A program made the position numbers and the translations under genes. A stretch of 63,986 bases of DNA, the filler included, from Blastocystis sp. subtype 4 (lineage: Eukaryota): NCBI RefSeq assembly GCF_000743755.1. It is 3 parts of 3 records of this genome, joined end to end, with 100 filler letters (N's around TTAATTAATTAA, not from the genome) between each part and the next. Parts side by side here need not be neighbours in the genome. Positions count along the whole stretch, not along the records: positions 1 to 25,032 come from NW_014569392.1; 2 more parts are not named here. One strand, written 5' to 3'. The notes beneath the pieces are model-generated. The model saw nothing but the letters and a program-made list of their open reading frames with translations. It searched no databases and was not told where the DNA came from. Positions 1 through 13,122 of this stretch are shown here, one piece after another; positions within the stretch are counted from its first letter, which is position 1; each line of letters begins with the position of its first letter.

Positions 1-111
1 GAACTGGTTAGGGGCACGAACATCGTACCACTCCTTCTTTGCCATTGTATCGATCACCTTCTTTCCCTTTCCCTTCTTGTTGATCTTCTTCTGAGTCTTT
101 CCAATAGCCAT
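1..111 (-). CDS. RPS3A: 40S ribosomal protein S3a/eS1, 5' part (runs off window)
   Basis: Translates MAIGKTQKKINKKGKGKKVIDTMAKKEWYDVRAPNQF, the eS1 N-terminus. Confidence 0.93.
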   Translation of the reverse strand, partial: MAIGKTQKKINKKGKGKKVIDTMAKKEWYDVRAPNQF

Positions 112-1138
112 TTTAAACTTGCCAATTCAAGAAAAGTTTGGTGTGTGGCGTCCCTGCAAAGTATATATTCAGGGGCAAACATTCAATATGGCCTCTAATA
201 GATGGGCAAATGCCTGTATTTTGAGTCATTAATGGGTCCATGTTCCCATTGAATTACATCTCTTTTCAAGAAGCAAAGAATGATTAACTCTTTTGAAGAG
301 TCGGAGAACATTGATTAAAACAAGGTAGTAGAGAGTCTTATCATGGAAACAAGAGTGTGATAACAGATCTTCATAAAAGTAGTATGAATATATTTGAACA
401 AGTCTAAAGAGTTGGTAAAGTGGTTTTGTTATGGCACGAAGAAAAGAGATAGGGCATGATCAGTTCACAAACAACGAAACTACTGAAAGAATCGTACAGA
501 ATAGACAATAAGACGACTGTATAGATCATAAGAATCAAGGAATTCAAGCTTCATATATCGAATACTAGAGCAAGACACAGAAAAGATCTATCATTGAGTG
601 AAAAAAGCCAAACCAACTTGAGGGATATTTGAATTCTCGACATACAGAGATTCCGAAAGAGAGGAGAATTCAACTCCATCTTCACTTCCATAAATAACAA
701 TAGACTAGAAATATAAACAAATTTGTCTGAACTACCTCAGATGCAAAACCACCTTGAAAAGTGACTTCTATGGATGATACTGAAGTTGGTTCATTAAATG
801 TGAAGATTAGATGTTGAGGAAGAGTCTGAATGATAAATAAACCCTAATTCGACTTTATCCGAAAACCAGAAGGTCAGTTCATTTGAATCCAATACACACT
901 TCGCCCGACGAATACGATTCTCATGTTTGCCTTCCGAGGATGCACTTCAAAGTTACGATACGAAAGGAAAATGAGTACACTACTTTCACAGGAACAATTT
1001 CCATGCTGAATAGAAACGTAGATCGTGAGATAATAGATAATGGAAAAGAAGGATGTATTTGTTGAATTCCGATTATCTATTATTCTCTCTGTTTTCATCG
1101 ATTCTTGTGTTTGAGAGTGCCTGAACGTAGTGGACAAT

Positions 1139-2807
1139 ATGGGCAAGTCGTCAGGTATTCTTCGATTCGGGTTGTTTGCGTTTCTTTTTTTGCTAAATGT
1201 TGGTGATTCTCTAGTTTGCAATAAATATAGGTTGTCGTTTATGATATTTTAGAAGAGTGTTCGCAGAAGATTCAGAAGTTGATCATTTCAGATGTTTCTT
1301 ATTTTGTGATTATTTAACAGTAGTCATTTACAGTGAGTAATGATGAATTGACAACGTTTTCTATTCCTGTTCAATCAACCTCGTCAGTCAGTATTTTACC
1401 AACATCATCAGTACCTATTCTACTGACTACATCCATACCTGATTCACTGGCTACATCAATTCCTGAGTCACCAAAAATCATTCCACCAACCTCAACCTCA
1501 TCTGTTTTAACACCATCCATACCAATCTTATCAACTTCGCCAGCACCTACAGAGACCGTTGATATATTTTGTTCGATTTGGTTATATGGAATCACTGGTA
1601 GTATCTGAAGAGAAGGACGATAATATGGTTGAAAACACTACACCAACTGGAGGCAGTACAAGAGATGGATTAAAAGGATTAGCAGCGAGAACTGATATTC
1701 GAACTGCTCGCTTTAAACGGAAGAAACATGGGCCTACCCTTTCAAAGAAATAATGATTTTGTTCTATAATGTGTAGAAAGAAGAAGGTTTTAGATTTGAA
1801 GTTTCCTGACTTTTCAACATATCAGATTTCTGATGGCTCAGACTATGATCTTGTATTATTCACAACAGCGGAATCCAGCAAGGTATTATCAATAGAAGAT
1901 GATGAATAATAGAATTATGGTGACTACAAGATCCGAAATCACATCCGAATGTTGAGTTTCTTTCAACGTGAATTTCGGTTCAAAGGTATTGTATTTACGA
2001 ATACTCCATCCCTAATTGCTTTTGCGAAGCGTTACAAAGTATTGACAATCTCGAAGTATCCAGTGAACAAATTTCACATGCCTCTAGTTCGAGAGATGTT
2101 CACGCTAAGCCAATCTACCTTTTCTGCCTCCTATTATGGATACATCAACAGTGACATTCTATTGTCTCCCAACATCATTCATGCTGTTGCTCTTGCTGCA
2201 TATAACACTCAATTAGGCCTATTGAATCCGTATGTAGGAGTTGATGAATTATTGTTATGAAGCATGAGATTGCAGGTCGTGTTCATGAAACCCCCAAGTA
2301 TGATAAATTGAACATCACGAGTCGAGCAACGTATATGAGATATCTAAAGAAAGCGAAGTCGGTGATGAGACCATTCCGTAATGAGCATTCGGCTGTAGGA
2401 TTAGTAGATTGGTTAAGAGACAGGACTACTTCATCTTTCCTCAGTCTGTCAATTTCTCTTCGTTTGAATCGGTTGTGATTGGGAGAATGCGAGTGGATAA
2501 CTATCTCTTGGGTCTGCCTCATCAGTTGAATCAAACAGAACCCATTGGGGCTTTATTGGACTGTTCTCATTATGGTACAGTTGATAGATCAGTATGAAGT
2601 AGTGTTGGGAATCCATTTGGGAAGAGACGGATATAAGCATCGTGAAGTGAGGGATCGGCTTCGAGAAGAAGACATCAATTGGAATTATCAGTTTGCTTCA
2701 AATATTAAGAAAGCTCGTTCATCTCTTGTGTATTCTGACTATGTGTATCGTAAGCATTGTTGAGTCCATTGAGTGTAGCCACAGTGAATGTGTTTAAAAG
2801 CGTGTGA
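1139..2807 (+). CDS. Type II membrane protein with S/T/P-rich stem, putative glycosyltransferase-like
   Basis: Spliced model: MGKSSGILRFGLFAFLFLLN anchor, S/T/P stem (1333-1560), YYGYINSDILL motif; final exon PTVNVFKSV-TGA followed by TGTTTGTT at 2810. Confidence 0.6.
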
Positions 2808-2826
2808 TCTGTTTGTTGAACAAGGA

Positions 2827-4632
2827 TACGAAAGAAGATAACTAGACTCATTGAGTACTTGTCCTGACTGCAAACAGTCAATAAACCATTGGTAATGAAG
2901 GATAGGAAGAGGAGTTTCAAACCGGGTATCGCTAACCATATGTGTTAATAAGTCCAGCTTACATCCTTCTTCAAGAACAAGTGCTCCTGTTTGTTCAATC
3001 AATCTCTCAATTCCTTTTCGCTCCTTCTCACAATGGACACAACAACGAATGAATTGCAATTGAATGGTTTGATGTGGAACGCAATAAATGCTTTGAAAAG
3101 AGTTCTTTTCTCCTTCTATTTCATCATAAATCCATTGGGGTGTATGAATCTGAAGAGATGGACACAATACCAGGAGTCGTTGAATCAATGGAGACAAAGA
3201 GTGTGAAATGATGCATAAATCTTCAATTGAATGACTCTGGATGAGATAAAGAAGATGAGCATCTAAAGAATGGGATACAATATCAACAGTCCCTCCGTGA
3301 GAAGTGATAACTTGACTTAGCATACGATCTTCATATCTATGAATGAGTTTATGGGTATGTTACTCACAGATTGGCAGAGATGAGGATATAGTGGGAGATC
3401 TACATCAAGAAAGAATAGACATATCTACCATCAAATCACTCGAATGAGTGGAGGAATATAAACAATGATTCAGTGAAAGTGGTTCACAAGGAGGAATTGA
3501 GACATGTGTTAAAGGCTGTTTTGATTGTATGCAAGCAATGATCTGAGATTCAGAAAGAGAGTGAACACCGGATGAACTCGTTCTAGATTAGAATGCGAAA
3601 AGCGAGAGTACCCAAGATAATCATTCCTGGAAGGAATATCATCACATATCAAAACATGAGTCAAACGCGGTGATCGAGTATATAGAACAATCCCACCAAA
3701 ATAGACGATTACACGAGAATAAGTGTCAAGGTTGTGAATATCGTTAGTAAGCACATAGAAGATACATCCTGAAAAGACGAAAAAGGGATTAAGACTATAA
3801 TGAATCTACAAATAAGAAATGGAAGCAGGTCCTACAAAGGGGAGAATTGTCTTTGCATGTACAGATTCCTGAAGCCACTGATTCGAAACAACAGGAACCC
3901 CCGAAAGAGGAGGAAGGAGTTTTTGGATATGATCATACGAATCATTGATTCCTATTACAACATTGATGTCTTCATCAATGAAGTCCCGAACAAATCCGCC
4001 ATTTCTTAGAATCATCGAACGAGCTTGTTCTTTTTGTTCTTTCGTTTCTTCGTCATTGTTGCCAACCGAAATAAAACATTCGATGCCTGAAAGCAATAGC
4101 TCTTCATCCATGAAAGAAACACTAGTTCCCGCCAACTCTCACTTTCAACAATCCGCAAGATACTCATTTAAATATCCGATTATTCACAACAAACACCCAC
4201 AGATCTAATGAGCAGACGACCAACTATGAATATCTTCTGTTGCATATATCATTCGCTTTACCTGTGGAGGGACCATCTTTTTTGAAGCGGCTTTACGTTT
4301 GGTTATTGTCACCATCTTCTTTGGTTCTTTTTCTTTAGAAATCTCTTTGCTAGTGGACTTATTCTTTGTAGAAACGTCACAGACGGGTTTTGGATCATCG
4401 ACACCAAAAGACGGTAACACTATCTTTTCTACATGCTAAGGACGAATTCAGAGGCCCCACTTTCATTCCTAATAGGAGTACACACTTTTGGTTCGGTTGT
4501 CTGTTTCTGTTCATCTTTATTCTCTTTGTATGTTCTGCAGATTTAAGAATTCCACCGAATCAAATACACTGATATGGTTTGAGAAGTATCATCTTCGTCA
4601 CTATCGGCATATGAAAAGAGATTCAGTGACAT
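2827..4632 (-). CDS. Multi-BRCT-domain protein
   Basis: Several BRCT-like units (LRNGG...VVSNQWLQES; YFGG...THVLI; SHGG...TPQWIYD; EQTGA...THMV...ILHYQWFIDCL). 3' end set at predicted polyA-created stop; the genomic ORF runs on to 2739. Confidence 0.75.
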
Positions 4633-4788
4633 CTCAGAGTAGAAAGGCCGTTCAGTTCAACCAAACTTGAAGAAATGTGTGTTCATCTTTTTCCCCAATT
4701 TCGTTCTCACAATACCATAGTAACTCATTATAGCTATCGATTACAAAAGGAAAGAGATTATCTCATATCATTGTATCTTTTATATGGC

Positions 4789-5905
4789 ATGCTAATTACT
4801 CTTTTTTCTCTTATTTATTGTATGGACTATGTGTATAGTATTACTATCACTGGATCTAGTAATCTAACACTGTTACATACAATGGCATCCTTCTCTCCTG
4901 GTTATGAGGCGGATGGTATATCTGTACATGAGGAATTTATTGTTAGGAACATATGGGAGTCTTATTCTTGCACAACCCATTACTGTTTGTAATAAGTTAT
5001 CAAACAATGTTACGGATTCTGTTGTTCTGGTAGAACGCTATGGCAAGGACACTTCTTGTCCATATGAGCAACAAGCTTTGCTCGTCGAATTGGTTTGATT
5101 GTATGACGAGTAGATCCAGGACGCTGGAGGAATCTCTATGATTGTGATGGACAATGAGTATAGAGAGGGTATGTTGGTTATTTCAGCTCAGAATGCTACT
5201 CTAGCTCAACAAGTAATGAGAGATACTGGTTTTATGAGTGTAGGTTATGATTCCTGTTGTTTACATTACCAAACTCAGTGGCGAAAGTCTTCTTTCGGTG
5301 ATGGAAACATCCGATATACTGTACGTCAATATCACAGCGGATACAGAATGTAAGTACGATTGATGTGGAAGATTTGTAGATGTCTTCTATCAATACGATC
5401 CTCAATATGTCTGGTTCTATGGTATCCAATTTTTCGCTGTTATTTTTTGGATTGGTAGCATCTGTTACCATTCAGATCACAATATAATCAGGAGGATAAC
5501 GAAGAAACGGAAGAAATTATATAATCGAATTCGTCCTGTAGTTTATTCTCGACAGTAGTTGTGAAGATGTGTTTGACATACAGAACATATCTTCAGAATT
5601 ATAACCTTCAGGTTCTCTTTTCACGTTCCCCTCTTCCAATGGATGAAGAAGATCTACGATACATTCAGCAGTATCGAGATGTTTGTCCGATTTGTCTGGA
5701 AGAGTTCCATTATGGTGATATTGTGAAGATACTTCCCTGTAAGCATGTATTTCATATGAGTTGTCTGGATCCATGGTTCCTTGAACAGAATGCTTCTTGT
5801 CCTGTGTGTAAGAAGGGTATTACAAAGCATGGAATGGCTACAATTACACAGAGTCAGATAGGAAGTGAATTGGTTCAGGCTCTTCGTAGGAATAATGATA
5901 AGTAG
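4789..5905 (+). CDS. PA-TM-RING (RING-H2) E3 ubiquitin ligase, RNF13/RMR-like
   Basis: Signal peptide, PA-like region (VVLVERYG...C; AGGISMIVMDN), TM segment, CPICLEEF...LPCKHVFHMSCLDPW...CPVCK. Confidence 0.85.
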
Positions 5906-6027
5906 TAATGAATAGGATATCAGAAGAAGATTCATAGGTTCTGGTGGTGGTTTTGGATAGTGGACATTATATGTACGTTACTTATCTTGTAATATACGTA
6001 TGTTTGTTGGAAACAGAGTCAAACCCT

Positions 6028-7124
6028 TTACAGTTCCTGTTCTGTTTGTTCTACTTTAACTTCAGTTGTTTCAGTTTTGACTTCTTCCGACTTCACTTCT
6101 TCAACCTTCGCTTCCTCTGTCTTTCCTTCAGTTTCTCTCTCTTGCTCAGCTTTTGCCTTCTCTTCTTCTTCTTTTCGTTTCTTTTCGGCCCAATACTCTT
6201 CCTCGGCCTTTCTTCTCTGTTCATCTCGAATTCTCTCTCTCTCCTCTTCTGCCTCCTTATCTGCCTTCTCAAGTTTCTCTTTCATTGTCCACCAAGTAGA
6301 AATGTTCTTAGGCATATTTTTCATCTTCTACAAGTTATGCTACCACTCAATTCCTACCACAATGATATTATCCCATATTCCGACTTCATACTTCTTCATA
6401 TTCAGAACAATTCGGCCTACAGCCGCTTCTGTCCAGTCACAGGCCTAATGCATCAATACACCTCTCTATCACTTACACTTGGATTAATTTTGTTCATAAG
6501 TCTCAAATTCAAAACGAACTTCTTCTTTGAAGCAGGACTACAGATCATTCAATCCACTTCATTGATCACCATTTTGCCTCAAAATAAACAGATGAAGTGT
6601 TGAATTGAACCGATTCAACAGTACAGCCCAAGGTTGAAGGAGTATCCCACTTATGAGCCAACTTGATATTCATTTTCAACTAGATATGAATCCAACCACT
6701 TGAATTCCACATCTTCCCTTCCTTGGGCCCACTGGAATGCTGGTGAGATAACAGTATAGTCTTCTTTGTTCTTATTAATAAGATTCTGGAGTTTCTGAAT
6801 ACTGGCACTATCCAATAAAACAACTAAACTAATCACACCGCTGACGAGATACTGCCTGTTTAAACTCTGTTGAAATGTCTATTCCCTTTGCATAGGCCAC
6901 AGTTATCAACTTTTCTCCTGCCTTCCACCAAGAATTCTCAACACACTACAAACATTCAATCTATTTCAAGGATATACCTTTTGGATCCATGAAGACTCCA
7001 ATGTTTCACTCCCTTCCTCCACCTTCGTCAAATAAGCAAGCAACTCATTCTCCGTTTGAATTCCAGGTACATCGCACAGAACGATCGAAAAGAGGATAGC
7101 AAATACAATAAAGCACGTTTTCAT
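6028..7124 (-). CDS. Secretory-pathway protein with CS/p23-like domain and E/K-rich tail
   Basis: Signal peptide MKTCFIVFAILFSIVLCD; SPAFQWAQ and AHKWDTP motifs; C-terminal EQEL resembles an ER-retention signal. Confidence 0.65.
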
Positions 7125-8208
7125 CGTACCTTATACACCGGTTAATAGAAGTTTTGGGTTTTATCTATTATTCTAGAAACGAGTGATTGATTAAAGGTGG
7201 AACAGAGGAACTAATAGCTATTAACAAACACAGTTCTGAGTACCAGGACTTGCATGGACATAAGAACCCGAGAATCTTCTTGGATTTCTCTCATCTCCTG
7301 ATACCTTTTCGTTGGAGATATTTCAAGCGATATCTGGATTTAGAAGATTGTCTCTCATGCCTGACTATGGAGTATTCCACTAATATCTTCAACCACCAAC
7401 TGTATTATCAGTGAGTAGATCCACTCCAAGAGTGTATCTATCACCTCTCTCTAAATGTCCCAATCTTCTTCAACTTTCACTTTCGGTAGCTTTCTGAGAA
7501 GCTTATCCATGTTATCGAAGATAAGATCAACCCAACTACGATTATCCATGTTTTCCAGATTCACAAAAAAATAAGCTAACAATTAGATATTCTATCTGCT
7601 AGCCCGTAGAAAAGAATTGTTGATCAGTTGGAGAATTCATCATTCAAAAGAAATAGCCGGTTTCCAATCAGATATTACTATTAATTCATTTTTAGTCCTT
7701 TCTAAATAGAAGTGCAGAAACGTATCTGAGACGGAAAAAATAGCCGAAAATAGATGTGATAACTCCAATGTTATGTCCAGTTAGTAATAAAAGGCTAGTT
7801 GTAATTCTGACTATGATCCATTACCAATGAGTGTACCAAAAGTAACTACTATTTTGCAATAAGACCCAAAATAGATAACAGATTGATAAGAAAACAACCC
7901 ATCAGTCCTTAGATACCATTCATGATTCTCATGATACATGTCTAACTTGGTAGAGATGTGATGAGATTATGAATTCAAATAGTTTTCCTGACTGCATCTG
8001 ATGATCGATTCATTCATTAAAGGGATAGTACTGGTCTCAATTGATTATTTGTGAATCCCTTTCCATTTCAACTTCATTAATTTTGCTTCACTTGTGGGAT
8101 AATGCGATGGGCTCATGAGAGGGTAGCAACTCTGAAGATGAACCACATACATTTTTATCGATTGAATTGGTAGACTTTGTTTTTATCAGTGCCTTATTTT
8201 GTAGAGAC

Positions 8209-8676
8209 ATGTCTGATCTTGAAGAATTCTCTGACGTTGATGCTGGAGCTTCCAATACTGAGGCTCTTAAGGCCGGAAAGATCCGCAAGGGAGATTTCAT
8301 TGTTATTAATGGAAAGCCCTGCAAGGTCGCTGATGTTTCCACCTCCAAGACCGGTAAGCACGGACATGCTAAGGCTACTATTGTCGGTATTGATATCTTT
8401 ACTGGCAAGAAGTACGAGACCATTTGCCCTACTTCTCACTCTGTCGAGACCCCTGTCATCAAGAGAGAGGAATGGCAGGTCACTGATATGGATGACGAGG
8501 GTTTCCTTACTCTGATGAACGATGCTTGCGAGGAGAAGCTCGATTGCAAGGCTGAGGAGGATATGATCCCTGGTATTCGTGAGGCTCTGGACAAGGGTGT
8601 TGAGACTGTTCTCGTCACTGTCTGTTCTGCTATGGACACTGAGAAGGTCATGGACTGGAAGACCGTCAAGGAATAA
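8209..8676 (+). CDS. EIF5A: Translation factor eIF5A
   Basis: STSKTGKHGHAK hypusine motif; uninterrupted CDS. Confidence 0.97.
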   Translation: MSDLEEFSDVDAGASNTEALKAGKIRKGDFIVINGKPCKVADVSTSKTGKHGHAKATIVGIDIFTGKKYETICPTSHSVETPVIKREEWQVTDMDDEGFLTLMNDACEEKLDCKAEEDMIPGIREALDKGVETVLVTVCSAMDTEKVMDWKTVKE

Positions 8677-8741
8677 ATGGTTTTGCCGCGATGAAATCGA
8701 TTCTTTGTTTCATTTAACAACAAACATTCAACTAAACAATA

Positions 8742-9190
8742 TTAAATCAGGAGCTTTTCAATCTCCACCTTAATGTGGTTGATCTGGTCGTTCAATTGTG
8801 ATCTCTCATCTGCTACGATCGAACAGGCGATAACAGGACGAGTAACACCACAGGCACGTCCCAGAGCAATCTTCGATGGTACAAACACGTAAGGAACATT
8901 CTTGTCCTCACAAAGCAGTGGAATGTGCAGAATGATCTCCAATGGCTCTGCGTCAGCAGCCATCACTATGAAAGAAGCTTTTCCACGGTTCAGAGTCTTT
9001 GTGGCTACACATCAGCACCAAGTCATCTCCTTTTACCCTCATTCGCTCCTTTCTTCAGCTGGCGATAGTTTGTTGCCTGCTGGACAAGATCAAGAATAGT
9101 AGCAGTCAATTCGGAAGGAGCCAGGGGATACGCCTTGGATGTATCGCTTTCCTATTCTATTAGACGTTCCAATCATCATCATACACTCAT
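8742..9190 (-). CDS. SNU13: SNU13/15.5K (L7Ae family)
   Basis: KAYPLA...[43 protein letters not shown]; two short introns. Confidence 0.96.
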
Positions 9191-9297
9191 AATGGTTCTT
9201 TGAAGAAATGAGTGAGATAAAAAGAAAGCGAAAATTCCCGTGGAACCTGATAGCAGTCGATCTTGAGGTCTCAATTTAAGAGTTGGTTTGTATTCTG

Positions 9298-10252
9298 ATG
9301 TTTAATTCTGTTCTCTTCAACGACATTAACAAAGCTGCCTTTGGTTCGCTGCTTTGATTTGGTTTTTATTGTAGATGTGATGAAGGATGGCTATTGCTTC
9401 GACCAGAAGGCAACTATTAAGACTTCCTGGCAAGGATACGTTCTACTTGAGCTTGATGTTGTAACCCGTAGAATTTCTCACTCGAAGCGAAGAACCCCAC
9501 AAGTGCTTTCAATGGAAAGATCTCCGTTGACTTCAAGCCCTTCACCTATTTGGCAGTAAAGAAGCTGTCAATTGAAAACACGGGCGCTGCTGTTTGTGAT
9601 TTTGATATCCCGAACTTTTTGAAGGGTACAACTTTCATGTTCAGGTAGTTACTATGCAGTTCTTTGAGGTTAGATCCCAGGGAGATGCCTGTACATATGA
9701 TGTGAAGAAGGTAATGTGTGGACTCAAGTATGTGTCATCTTGTTTCACAGGAGACGTCAATTATGATGTTGTATCTCAGAAGTTTGATACTTCTGGTGTT
9801 GTCGCTGTATGTCCATTGGGATCTTTTCATCGTAGAAAGACAACTTCATGATTGGTTGCAAGGTCCAAGGTACGAAGGATGGAGTGAGTGCTGTGGATGT
9901 CGCCACTGCTTATCGTTTCAAAGAATGTGTCTTCTCTCTTGCCAGTATTCGTAATCACACTGGAGTGGATGCAGCCGTGTATATCAAGCCCTATAAGAAT
10001 GTGTCGTTCGGAGCGGATTGTGTGTTGTCGTTGACAGAACCAAAGAATCCCGCTATTGCATTTGGAGTGTGTCTGAACCCAACTACGAGTTCAGAGTTAC
10101 GCACAAAGGTGGACAGTGACGGAAAGTTGTATGGTTTCTACAAGACCTCGGTAAGCAAGAATGTGTCTCTTTCAGTGACTGGAGCTGTTGATTACGCCAA
10201 CATCATGAGCGGATCCCATAAAGTGGGAATCGCTATGGAAATGCGTATTTGA
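9298..10252 (+). CDS. VDAC: Porin / VDAC
   Basis: N-terminus LFNDINKAAFDVMKDGY; beta-strand pattern; C-terminal RTKVDSDG...HKVGIAMEM. Confidence 0.8.
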
Positions 10253-10287
10253 AGGGTTTCTTTTCTCTTGTTTCGCACAAACAGTCG

Positions 10288-11134
10288 TTAGATATCCTTC
10301 AGAATCTCCATTGCATCAGCTGCAACTTCCTCACGAGAACGATTGGCATCTACTCTCTTCACCATTCCCTTCTCATCGAACAGATTAATTACAGGCATGC
10401 TCGTCTCCATGTGAGTCTTGAAACGCTTTACCAGAGACTCAGGATTATCGTCCACACGACCTGAGGTCTTGCCACGCAGCAAACAACGCTCCGTCATTAC
10501 TTCTTCGGAACATTCCAGAAGAAGGATGAAGTGTAACTAGCTGTGAATGAATTAACACAAACTCACATGAACCTTGTCACCAACAAGTTTGTTCCATCCC
10601 TCTAGATTCTCCATACTACGAGGGAAGCCATCAATGATGATCTTCTTCTGACCCTGAGCCTCGTAGAAACGAATCTTCTTTAAGAGGAGGTTAATGGTAA
10701 TTTCACCAGGAACAATCAAACCTTTCTTGATATAGTCATTGATCAATTCTGCGTCCTTGCTTCCACTAGACGATTACAGGTGCATTTCACTTCAACCTCT
10801 CTTTCTCTTCACGCAAACAGTCTCCTGCACTAATTGGGATCCATCCCAGCTTCTCCTTCAGAGTTGAAGACACAGTTCCCTTTCCTAGACATCATCCTTG
10901 AGAAGGTAGGTAACGAACCTGATCCAGGTCCTCCAAGAAGGAAAATGACTTGGGGTTTGTCATCCTCCTTCGACTCATCCTTTTCAATCTTCTTGCAGTA
11001 ATCTTTACAATTACACTTCTTCCAGTCTATAAATCATTCGGAATCAACTGTTTTGGACATTTTCTGTAAATGAAATAACCAAAAGCAACACCAGCAGTTG
11101 CTCCAACGACCATTGCGACTTCCCTGATATTCAT
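10288..11134 (-). CDS. UMP-CMP kinase (adenylate kinase family) with N-terminal hydrophobic anchor
   Basis: VIFLLGGPGSGKGT (across intron), ISAGDCLR, IIDGFPR, RGKTSGRVDDN. Confidence 0.9.
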
Positions 11135-11236
11135 TCTTCATATACTATACCTACTTGCAGTGACACTTCGACGACATTCCAAACTCGAACCAAAAGAATG
11201 GGAGAATAAATGTAACAAACAGATTGCGAGCATTAC

Positions 11237-12968
11237 TTAGGTAGATGGAAGGATATTCCCATCTCGATCAGTAGCAATTCCAGGTATAAGATAGTTCCGA
11301 CTCGCAGTTTTCTGACTCTCAACATCTGTAGAAAGGTCCACAGAATTCGGGAGTGGTACAGGTTGTTGTCCAGCACTCACCATTGGTCGCATCCCTCCCT
11401 GCATGATACTGGGAGGCACTGTTTGTGAGATTCCTGGAGGTACAGTTGGTTTGACACTCTGAGGAGTATTCTGAGGAATACTTGAAGTAATTCCCTGTGG
11501 TATTGCCTGGGTCATGTCAGGAGGCAATCCAGGAGGTAACGATCCGGGTCTCGAAAGAGTTCCCATCACCTTGCCATCCATTGGAACCATCATGGAAGGA
11601 TAATATGGACCTGGAAGATACATCGAATAACCCATTGGAGTCGGATAATCCAATCGTCCTTGAAAACTAGAAGGATAATAATTCACGCAATTCATTGGTC
11701 GAGATGCTGGCATTCGACTCTGCTGTGACAAATACCCCGGATTCACTCTTGGTGACATTCCTGCTGGGATTGGCATATGTTGATAATAAGGATCATACCC
11801 CTGAGGAACAGACGTAAAAGGAGGATATGATCGATTAGGTACATCACTCATAGGACCATACCCAGAGGATCGTTTCACTAAAGGTTGTTTGGAAGGAAGA
11901 TTAGATACTGAAGGACGTATCATTTGATTCGGCTGAGGATATAAAAGCGACTGACTCATAGTCATTCCGGTATTGTTGTAAACGACATTTTTAATCATAC
12001 TACGAGAAACAGAAGATGAATTGAAACTAGTTCCAGGAACGGACTGAGCCGTGTCTAAAGATGTCGGCCGAGATTTAGGTCGCTGAGAAGAAGGTGAAGA
12101 AATGGCTCCTTTAGAGAGAGGAGTTGATGAAGGAGACAACACATGAGTCTTCTCAGATGGTTCAGAAGAAATAACAATTGGAGGAATCAAATAGGACATA
12201 TCTTGATATGTCCTTTTCATAGGAGCTGGCTTTGAATCCACATTAGTATTGGGAGGTTGACCTGTTGCTGGATTGTGTGTGAGTAAGGATAAAGCAGATG
12301 GAATCACAGGTATGCTTGTTTTTGCACCTTCATCCTTTCCTTGTTCTGAAACAGGCTCAGTTTTTGGTTCAGGTTTGCACTTGATTGACTCCTACTCTTC
12401 ATTTCAACTACATTCTTTACGTTCGAGGAACACGTATTATCTACTACAGAATCATTTTTCTCTTCCTTTTCGTTCTCTTGGGCCTCCTTAGACACCTTTG
12501 ATCGAGTAACAATACCTTCAGATTCTGTTGAGCTTTCTTCCTTTTTCACAGTCCTTCGAGTCACTGGTCGGCTGTACTGAATAGCGCTATCCTCAGTACT
12601 ACCACCAGCACTATCTGGATCTTCCTCGATCTCAAAGTCACTATCCGCAGATTTAGAATTATTGCTTTCTTCTGCATATGCAGTGTCTTCGTCAATATCA
12701 TAAGCTTCTACATCGTCCTCCACAAGAATCCCTTCTACAAGGGCTTCCAAACTAAGTCTCTGTGATCGAAGAGATGCAATTTCGAAACATACTTGTGCAT
12801 ACTCTTTGCGTAGCTACAAATCATAGCCATTATCGACACTTGCGCAATTCACGTTCTGTTCTAATTCTGATATCTCATCCTTGTATTGCTTGATTCTACA
12901 TATTTCATTTCTCCCAGTTCATACAGTTCATCATTCTTTGGAATTGCCTCATTATTGTCTTCTTCCAT
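11237..12968 (-). CDS. Hypothetical protein: N-terminal coiled coil, acidic region, Pro/Ser/Met-rich tail
   Basis: ORFs 12304-12750 and 11237-12307 are joined by a short GT-AG intron; TAA followed by TGTTTGTT. Confidence 0.65.
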
Positions 12969-13122
12969 CCTTCAAGTTCCAAACAATACAAGTAAAACTT
13001 GTTGATAGAAATTGTTTGAAGAACAGATCTCTGTTGGTTTATACACCCCGAATCCCGCCTATTTTTGACATCGATTGTTTTGAATACAACACATCATTTT
13101 GACATTTCGCAACATCACTGTC

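Noticed and set aside
200..1065. Purine-rich, coding-looking stretch and a 60-aa ORF
   Set aside because: Many stops, no ATG-led spliced model and no recognisable family; possibly a decayed gene
5944..6603. 219-aa Phe/Leu-rich + ORF
   Set aside because: Antisense shadow of the E/K-rich tail of the minus gene
7187..7560. Short ORFs between the CS-domain gene and eIF5A
   Set aside because: Interrupted by stops; no homology recognised
7951..7995. Perfect C box GTGATGA with a nearby CTGA
   Set aside because: Only about 23 nt between boxes; too short for a C/D snoRNA
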